A DNA stretch of 64,000 bases from Amoebophrya sp. A120 (Eukaryota; Protista; Dinoflagellata): the NCBI GenBank assembly GCA_905178155.1, contig CAJINV010000013.1:1512392-1576391 (forward strand). The letters are read 5' to 3'. Both the position numbers and the translations under genes were made by a program. Of this stretch, positions 56,901-64,000 are shown piece after piece; within the stretch, counting starts at the first letter, position 1, and every line of letters starts with the position of its first letter. The notes beneath the pieces were generated by a model, which was not told the origin of the DNA, ran no database searches, and saw only the letters and a program-made list of their open reading frames with translations.

Positions 56901-57639
56901 TACACCAGCAAATGCAAAAGCCTTCTAAAATAACACTACAGCAAAATTTTTGAGTCAGGTTCAGCAAGCGACGCACCTTCAGGAAAGGACGGAAAAATAT
57001 TCAGGATGTGAACCTTCTTGTACGTAGTTCTGCGAATTTTCAAGCACAACTCCATCGTGATTTCTTGTACTTCGCACTGATTTCATCCCTTTTTCACGAG
57101 AACCTTCAGTCATAACGAGAAAGAACGCACTCATAGCTGTCTTGAGGACCAGCACCACACGTATCTCACAGCCGAGTCAGTGCCTGCTCTGGCTTCAGCT
57201 TCACAAATAAGAACCCGAATCTTCACATAAAAACTAGTAAGTAGAACAAGGCACGAATCACAAAACCGTATATATATTTTCTGCTGAGAATCTTCATCCC
57301 CTGTCGTGCGTGCACTGCGCCAGCACCAGCCCTTGCTTTTCCTCCCCCATGATGCCGCGTGCCCGGGTTTTCAAGTAGCACATTTTCGCGCCACTCGCGA
57401 ACACGAAGGTATCGCACTCCTTATCGGCCTGGCAGGCGGCCTGGTACTATGCTGTGCATAAGTTAGTGCTATCGCGCTTGTAGACGTAGACGTAGTCGTA
57501 CGAATTGCAATCATGCATGACAAATCGAAATCTGCTTCCTGTACCTGTTCCGTACCTGAATCTGCATGACACAGCGCTCTGATTTTCCTGCTTTAGCAGA
57601 ATATTTGTAGCGGCACTTTATTACATCACTAATGCGATA

Positions 57640-59816
57640 CTCATAGGTGCACTTGTGCATTGCATAGACAACTCAGAATGTCGATTTTCGACGTTGCACC
57701 ACCAGAACCGGTGATGTCGTAGCCCTTCACATCCATGTTGTTCGTCTGCTTCCAGTATGCATTGAAAATATGTTGCCAGGGTCTGGAGAAAGATTGATGC
57801 GAGATTCATTTGTAATACTCGGCTGCAGAAGTGCTCGACAGGTTGGTCTCTTATGCAAAAAAGCTCCTTGTCATGCGCAATATCCAAGTAACAAACACAT
57901 CCATGAGCACCTGCAGAACTCTTGTTCACACTCATCTGCGTATTACTGACATCTGCTTTTTAACATTGACAAAATAACACCACAACAAGTTTCTAGACCC
58001 AGCCTGACGTTTTTGCAGTTGATACGAACTCTTTGCAATTTGGCACCTTCCAGCTCGTCTGCTTTAGATGTTGACTGAACTGCTTATCCCAGGAAAAAAC
58101 TGTTGAGTCTCAAGCCTGTGCAGACTTAGCAAAACAAAATCGCAGCCCTCCACGAAGCACAAAGAAAATCTGTCATGCGTCAGGCCCAAGACAATGAGAA
58201 AAAGGCGCTTTTCTTGCCTGTCGATTAAAACAAAAAACTGCATCGAGGAGTTTCTGTGTTACAGGTGGAAACTGGGACAGTTTTTTTCTCGCGATACTGC
58301 TGCACGCCGTTATACAAGATCGGATACCGCATATCGCGAGAAAAAACTGTTTCACGGTGAAGTTGGAAATGCAGAAAATATTTCGCGCAGTATTGTTTGC
58401 CTCGCTACGCATGCAAGATAATGCATCTTCAGCAGTGATTCATGGCAAATGTTCTGTCGTATAGAACAAACTGAAACTCGGAAAGATCAGAAGATGCAAA
58501 ACATGCAAATTCCTTTCCAGTGAAACACACTTTTCGTACGATACTGCAGGTACAGTGGCGCGTCGCTGTTCGTGCGGATCTGCTTCGAGTGCCATGAGAG
58601 CCCGAACTGGAAGGACGTGCTGGCGGCCTCGGAGAAAATCAGCTGGTGACTGGACGTATCCATTGCAAATAGATACATCTGGGCGGTCTGGGACAATCTC
58701 ATGCTCAGCTAAGTGCAAGACTTGCAAGTCTGTCATGTGCGTTGTGCAAGCCCTACACTTCTCTTTCATGCAGAAACGCACTTTTTTATGCAAAACAACT
58801 ATACCCGTAGCAGCTCAAAAATTTGTCATGCTTGGCCCTGAGCTAAAGTCAAACTGTCGTCCTGGCGATTTTTTATCCAGCATCACAACTTTCCCGAGAA
58901 CCCAGACCTTTTTGCAGTGGATAGGACGACCCCGCGTCCTGGAGGGACAGGGCGTGGAATATCAAAAGGAAAAATGCCCCCTCCCCATATCGAAGTGGAA
59001 ATCTGTGACGCAGGATTTGTGTACGCACATCGGATTTGCCTTGGAGTGGAGGACGGCAGGCCCATAGCATGCCAATGCGGAGAGGTTGTGGCCTAGGCAC
59101 TTAGCATGCGGAACGTCTATGCTGTAGGACCAACGGCATTACAAACCGCCTGCATAATGGGGCGGCGCCTATGCCGTTGCTTTCTTGCAAGACAAACACG
59201 ATTTGGGGTCACGAATCAGCATCACAAATTCTGTGAGGCGTTTCTTTTCGTTATGGGGAGGGGGGATTTTTCCGTTTGATATGGAACCCGAAGTAACGGC
59301 TCAGCCGGGACGTGAACGCGTTCCACACGGTGTCGTACGCCATCCCGCTCGGCCCCTCGGCGTTCTATGCATTGCAAATTTGTCTGGGTCTGGAAGAATG
59401 CAAACTTGTGATGCGCATTTTAGAGAATAGAAAAATCTCTCATGCATAGGTAGTAAAAGCTGCCCACGTTATGTCACCAAAGTGGGGGATTTGTCATGCG
59501 GATTAAGCAATGCGGAAGCTTCTGGAAATCTGTGATGCTAGGGCTTCCATGACAGGCATTTTGTGCCATGCAAAAACAGCATGACAAAAATCTGCATTCT
59601 TCCAGACCCAGACATATTTGCAGTTCATACGTTCAGGTTGCTCGCAAAAAGGAAGCTCCCGCACTTCTCGACCAGGAAGTCTAGGCCGCTGAGCCACCGG
59701 AGTACCTCCGGCGCGCGTCCGTAGACAAACGCCGCACTGCCACCGGTAATGGCGTATCCAAAGTAAAATAAAAACAGGTACCCGCCCCGCCTATACTTGT
59801 TGCCATGCGATTGCAC
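57640..59816 (-). CDS. Hypothetical protein segment of micro-exons separated by 6 introners (5' and 3' limits uncertain)
   Basis: After removing each element+5 nt, one GC3-rich frame is open: ...FASNLNAEGPSGMAYDTVWNAFTSRLSRYFGFHALSLQDAGSSSHQLIFSEAASTSFQFGLSWHSKQIRTNSDAPLYLQYPILYNGVQQFSQHLKQTSWKVPNCKEF... Confidence 0.72.
57756..58024. mobile_element. Degenerate family B introner (269 bp)
   Basis: Ends TATGCATTGAAAATATGTTGCCAGGGTCTGGA / TCTAGACCCAGCCTGACGTTTTTGCAGTTGATA. TSD lost; element+5 nt removal keeps the frame. Confidence 0.65.
58085..58296. mobile_element. Family C-like introner (212 bp)
   Basis: TATCCCAGGAAAAAACTG / CAGTTTTTTTCTCGCGATA, TSD CTGCT. Confidence 0.88.
58332..58543. mobile_element. 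Family C-like introner (212 bp)
   Basis: TATCGCGAGAAAAAACTGTTTCAC / GTGAAACACACTTTTCGTACGATA, TSD CCGCA/CTGCA. Confidence 0.85.
58657..58923. mobile_element. Diverged family B introner (267 bp)
   Basis: TATCCATTGCAAA / TTTGCAGTGGATA, TSD GGACG. Confidence 0.88.
58960..59281. mobile_element. Introner/MITE, family D (TIR TATCAAAMGGAAAAATSCCCCCTCCCCATA, 322 bp)
   Basis: ~35-bp TIR, TSD TGGAA. Confidence 0.93.
59366..59629. mobile_element. Introner/MITE, family B (264 bp)
   Basis: B-type TIRs, TSD CGTTC. Confidence 0.93.
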
Positions 59817-60535
59817 ATGCCCAGAAAGTGGTCTCGCCCCATGCGGAACTTTATGTTACTGCGAAGTATTTCTACTTACCGTCATCATCGAAATTCAAAT
59901 TCGTCATGCGCTAAGTACTTAAACTTAATCACGATCATAGCCGCATGCGCATCGATTTTTGAATTTGATATACCTCCTGCATTAACTTACTGCGGCGCTA
60001 TCGTCCCGAAGTTATCTTGTTGCGCCGCAGCAAATCACCAGAATTGATTCTCTTCTTGACAACTATCGGGAGGAGGTGAGTACGTTTTTACAGAGGATAC
60101 AGCGGTCGTCAGGTTTTCGTCATCGCCGACAGCCATTGGTGCCTCACCGCGGGTGGCGTGCTCCACTCTGGTCGCTGGTCCGGACGCTGCTTCGCCGCGA
60201 ACTGACCCTGCGGTCTGGTGAGCTGCATGTCCTTGTCCTGCCAGAGGGTCTAATATATTGCCCGTCGCACTCGCTGTTGAGCCGCTATATCTTGTAACGT
60301 GCGAGAGTTCATGTTGATGTGTCCAGGCAGCACCTTGCGCACTTGCATACAGAAGTTTACGCAGAAGTCGTAGGATTATGAGAATGTCCCACAAGTGCGG
60401 CGGCACGCGACTCTGAGACTCGCCTTCCGCACTTCCGGGACATTGAGAAGCAGGACGAAAACTTCAGATTCCACAAAAAAACAGCCACGTAATACTAGAA
60501 CTTTTGTCCTGCTAGCGCAACCTCCGGTCTTCAGG

Positions 60536-60949
60536 TCATAAGGACTCTCGTTCCGCTACATCCTTATCGCGTTCTTCACACGTCAACATCACAAAATTGC
60601 AATGCATAGCAGTGTCGTGGAAAACATGCAGCGCATCACCCCCGGGGTCGGCTTCCGCAAGACACCGAGCAAACCGGTGCCTCCTGACGTCAAAAACGAA
60701 GCTGCTGTCGGCCAGAACGGCACTGGACGCGGCCGCGGCGCTTTTGCTCTTTGCAGTGGACTGCTCCGTATTTGCACTACTGCTCTTGCTCGGTGAATTT
60801 GAAACCACAGGTGGCGGCTTTCCAACTTTTGACGCACCGTTGAGCGCGTTTGCGGTCACCGTGCTCCAAAGAAACAAGTTATCTTCGTAGTCGGAATAGG
60901 AGAAGGTATGGAAAGTTTGAAATAAATCAGTTCCGACAACATCATCCAT
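60536..60949 (-). CDS. Probable internal exon of a hypothetical protein
   Basis: 137-aa open frame between the 61190 ORF and the micro-exon cluster; splice sites not resolved. Confidence 0.35.
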   Translation of the reverse strand: MDDVVGTDLFQTFHTFSYSDYEDNLFLWSTVTANALNGASKVGKPPPVVSNSPSKSSSANTEQSTAKSKSAAAASSAVLADSSFVFDVRRHRFARCLAEADPGGDALHVFHDTAMHCNFVMLTCEERDKDVAERESL

Positions 60950-61189
60950 CGCAAAGTAGAGAAAGAAAACAGTAACTGGTGAAACAAATGCTGATACAAA
61001 AAAGTATTCCTCCGGTCACAGACCTCTTGCACTGACAACTTACACCAAGTTTAGAACTCGTGAAGTGGTGCTGTGCCGCTGGGATGTGCGCAGACATCGA
61101 CACTACTGTGCTTCTCATGATTTTTCTGCGGTCCTACAAATGCAAATCACGCATACAAAAATTTCCACTTTGACACTCTAAAACAATGT

Positions 61190-64000
61190 CTACTGTCTTC
61201 GCGATGGAGCGAAACGACCTCGTCGCGAGCTTTTTTCCCTGATTCCATAAAAGTGCTCGGAGTGGTAGTAATTAAAAGCCGGGTCTACGCCGTAGTCGTC
61301 GTTAGCAACGGAAAGCTGGGATGTTGAACCACTGGGAGCAGGAACATCACCAGCGGCAGGGTGCCCGTCAGCCTCCCCTGCTGCTTTATTTCCTCCAGTA
61401 GCGTCCACACCGTCGAAGCCCCGGATCCGGCACGTAACCCAGTTGAATTGGTTTGTCCACAAGTTGGACACTTTTCTTTCCAGCAGCTGCTTCCGATTTT
61501 CCTCCGCGATCTGCTTCAACTCCGACCTGGAAAACGCGCTGCTCCCCCGCGGCTTGTTCATCAGCACGGCACTGTTTCCGCCGGCTTTTCTCAGTTGCTC
61601 GGCCAAATCGGCGCCGAGAAATTCCACTTTCTGCTGTTCGCTATCGGAGAGACCACCCAGGTCCTTCGCGACAGGACGATTATATGGCGATGGTTTGGGG
61701 AAGTACTCCTTCATCACGTGTAGGTCTTGCCAAATGTTCTCGGACTGGATGAACATCTTCTCGGTGAGCACGAGTGCGTGGTCGAGATTGGGTAATTTTT
61801 CCTCTATCAGGTTGGGCAGAATCACGTCAGCGTCGTAGACGAACGCGATGTCGCTCAGGTGTCGCGCCCCCGAAAACACCGGCGGCCCGCAGATGTCGAA
61901 CAGAATCAGGTTCGATACCTGCCGCATCTCCTCGAACAGTCGAACCAAATCCTGGTGCTTCTTCAAAAACTGCGGACTGCTCAGGTTCATCTCGCCGTCG
62001 TCCGATTGATGCCCTCGTTGCTGAACTTTCATTGCATTGGATGACCCGCCAGCGAAGCCGGTACTGGCACTTGCTGAAAGCGGAGAGGACTCGGGGGCTC
62101 CCGAAATTGTGCTAGATCCTCCACCCGCACCGGACATTGTGGGCGGCAGCAAGTACACCACGTACTGGACTTGCCCGCTGGGGTCCCGCCAGTTCTGCGC
62201 CGCCTGTTGGAAAAAGCTCGCCAGCTTCTCGTGTTGCGCCTTAGTGCTCGTCGAAGGGGTTGCACTTCCGGAAGGCTGCTGCAGCGGTGCGACGACCGTT
62301 CTTGGCACCTCGACAGCGTCGGGATCTTCCTCGGGACCAGTCTGCTGTTCTCCAGATGTCAAGACTCTGGGGCGCGCCTCCTTCCGGTCCTGAAACACAT
62401 CAGCGCGGATCAGCATATCTTTCTTGTTATCATCTCGTTCCGCGGCGGAGTGTTCTACTTGTTCGGGCAACTGTGACTTTTTCGTCCATTCTTTTTGCCG
62501 GTGCGCGTCGTGGGTCTTTCGGGGCAGCTGCTGGTCTGACTGCTTCACAAGGACCTCGTCAACGTCGTTGTTCTCGGCTCTAGAAGGATCGCTGAAGATT
62601 TGCTCTTTTCTTCTGTTGTCGATCTCGTCACCATGTTGCCGCTCAGCTGGAGTTTTTACGACTTCCCTTTCTTCATCAACCGCTCCTGCTTTTTCATTAT
62701 TTCCCACTCCGGCTGCCCGCGCTGAAGACCAGGAGAAAAGATTGAAAAACTTGCCGAAATGCTTTCGAAAAGATGTAGCCCCGTCAGCAATACAACCAGG
62801 AACAAGGTGCTCGGCTTCAAAGGAGCTGCCAAATGTTGATTTCCTTTCCGTTGGTATCATCGGAAAAAACTTCTGTTTGAATCTCCGAAACCAGTCGCTG
62901 AAAAAACTCCCAACCGGATCCAGCACGGTGGATCGGAGGGGATAGTTGACACGCCTCGACGCGCGACCGATCGTGAACAGTTGATGCAGTTTATCTTCCA
63001 AGTCTAGCGAAGATATCTCTTCGTCATCGCGGCTTTCCTTTTCTGAAAAACTCTGGTTTGCGTTCTCTTCAAGATGAGTATTCATCTGGTGGCTCCTCCG
63101 CGCATTATCATACCGGTCCTCGTGCTCATTTAGATGGTTTTGCTCCGCGACAACGGCCAGATCGTCGTCCATCAGGTCCGCATACTCGTACAGTGCGTCT
63201 TCGTCCTCGCTCGCGTGCATGTTCACTGCAGCGAGGGACGTAATATCAGCGGTGTTCTGGTGGTACAACCCAGCCCCCAACTCGGTGCGCTTTGCATGAT
63301 CTTCGTCGTCGTTTTTTGATATTCTGTCTCTGTAATTATTGCTGTAATGAGAAGCTGGTGGAGGTCTATTTCCTTCGACCGGTGCATCCTGCTGTGCTGG
63401 TGGGCCGCCCCTAGCACTGCCGTTGCTGGTCGCAGTGGCTCCTGCAATAGAAATTCTTCTAGTGCCGTCCCTTATAATTGAAGGGTCAACTACATACTTC
63501 TCCGTTGTTCGCCTCTGCTCGTGCAGCGTTCGGTCGACTCGCGAATCAAAATCTTCTTTTGCGTCGTCCATCCGGAGGTTGCGCTCGTCGACGTCACTCC
63601 CATCTTCCTCTTCCTCTGTGTCCTGGTTCGTCATGGTATCGCCCACAGCTGTCCCTGGCGATGAATTGGTCGTCCGAGGATTCGGATCCGCTTTCGCCAC
63701 CACAAAGGGACTTTCGTCGCGCCTTCCCTGTGGCAACGACCACAGCACCGAGCAGATGTGCTTTACAACTTCCGTGCGGTCGCTATTGGTGGCGGAGATC
63801 AAAGACACGATCAGTTTCTTCTTCTTCGGGTTCGGTGCAACCGTGTTGAACGAAATGCGCTCCTTGCGCGGCCGATGCAGTACCTGCTTGTAGTTCCGGG
63901 TGTTTTTATCTGGTAGTGTCCCCTGGTTCTGGGTCGCCGATGATGTTGAATCTATTTTTATTCCAGCACTACTTTCTGCAGTAGAAGTCTCTTTATCGCC
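61190..64000 (-). CDS. Large hypothetical protein, partial (probably begins beyond the window end)
   Basis: 872-aa ORF 61190-63808 without an ATG start; the frame appears to continue upstream. No recognisable domain. Confidence 0.65.
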   Translation of the reverse strand, partial: GDKETSTAESSAGIKIDSTSSATQNQGTLPDKNTRNYKQVLHRPRKERISFNTVAPNPKKKKLIVSLISATNSDRTEVVKHICSVLWSLPQGRRDESPFVVAKADPNPRTTNSSPGTAVGDTMTNQDTEEEEDGSDVDERNLRMDDAKEDFDSRVDRTLHEQRRTTEKYVVDPSIIRDGTRRISIAGATATSNGSARGGPPAQQDAPVEGNRPPPASHYSNNYRDRISKNDDEDHAKRTELGAGLYHQNTADITSLAAVNMHASEDEDALYEYADLMDDDLAVVAEQNHLNEHEDRYDNARRSHQMNTHLEENANQSFSEKESRDDEEISSLDLEDKLHQLFTIGRASRRVNYPLRSTVLDPVGSFFSDWFRRFKQKFFPMIPTERKSTFGSSFEAEHLVPGCIADGATSFRKHFGKFFNLFSWSSARAAGVGNNEKAGAVDEEREVVKTPAERQHGDEIDNRRKEQIFSDPSRAENNDVDEVLVKQSDQQLPRKTHDAHRQKEWTKKSQLPEQVEHSAAERDDNKKDMLIRADVFQDRKEARPRVLTSGEQQTGPEEDPDAVEVPRTVVAPLQQPSGSATPSTSTKAQHEKLASFFQQAAQNWRDPSGQVQYVVYLLPPTMSGAGGGSSTISGAPESSPLSASASTGFAGGSSNAMKVQQRGHQSDDGEMNLSSPQFLKKHQDLVRLFEEMRQVSNLILFDICGPPVFSGARHLSDIAFVYDADVILPNLIEEKLPNLDHALVLTEKMFIQSENIWQDLHVMKEYFPKPSPYNRPVAKDLGGLSDSEQQKVEFLGADLAEQLRKAGGNSAVLMNKPRGSSAFSRSELKQIAEENRKQLLERKVSNLWTNQFNWVTCRIRGFDGVDATGGNKAAGEADGHPAAGDVPAPSGSTSQLSVANDDYGVDPAFNYYHSEHFYGIREKSSRRGRFAPSRRQ

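Noticed and set aside
57448-57666. Possible seventh introner (TATGCTGTGC...GCATTGCATA)
   Set aside because: Flanks do not match and the inverted repeat is too short to support a call.
513-63893. Numerous plus-strand ORFs of 100-450 aa
   Set aside because: Antisense shadows of GC3-rich minus-strand exons, with no recognisable motifs.
1-64000. Autonomous transposase and dinoflagellate spliced-leader relics
   Set aside because: No DDE, RT or recombinase-like ORF and no CCGTAGCCATTTTGGCTCAAG noticed by eye; a computational search is needed to be sure.

Overview
Eukaryotic, gene-dense window in which every supportable gene lies on the minus strand. The architecture suggests a parasitic dinoflagellate such as Amoebophrya (Syndiniales); this is inferred, not confirmed. 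The dominant feature is 24 short (147-363 bp) MITE-like elements in five terminal-inverted-repeat (TIR) families, all starting TAT (TGT once) and ending ATA. 22 are flanked by a 5-bp direct repeat (TSD; 18 perfect, 4 with one mismatch). All sit inside coding sequence, and removing the element plus 5 nt restores the reading frame each time, so they behave as mostly non-GT-AG 'introner' introns. Near-identical copies occur in both orientations in same-strand genes, one splits an ABC Walker A motif, and six hide a gene of 30-108 nt exons. Reconstructed genes: PRP38-family splicing factor, dCMP-deaminase-like protein with substituted catalytic residues, ubiquitin-like protein, alkaline ceramidase, ~3274-aa ABCA transporter, JmjC-like oxygenase, a tandem-duplicated Cys-rich gene interrupted by a 2.8-kb repeat block, and several hypothetical proteins. 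No transposase, rRNA, tRNA or CRISPR array was recognised. All splicing models are inferred from DNA only.
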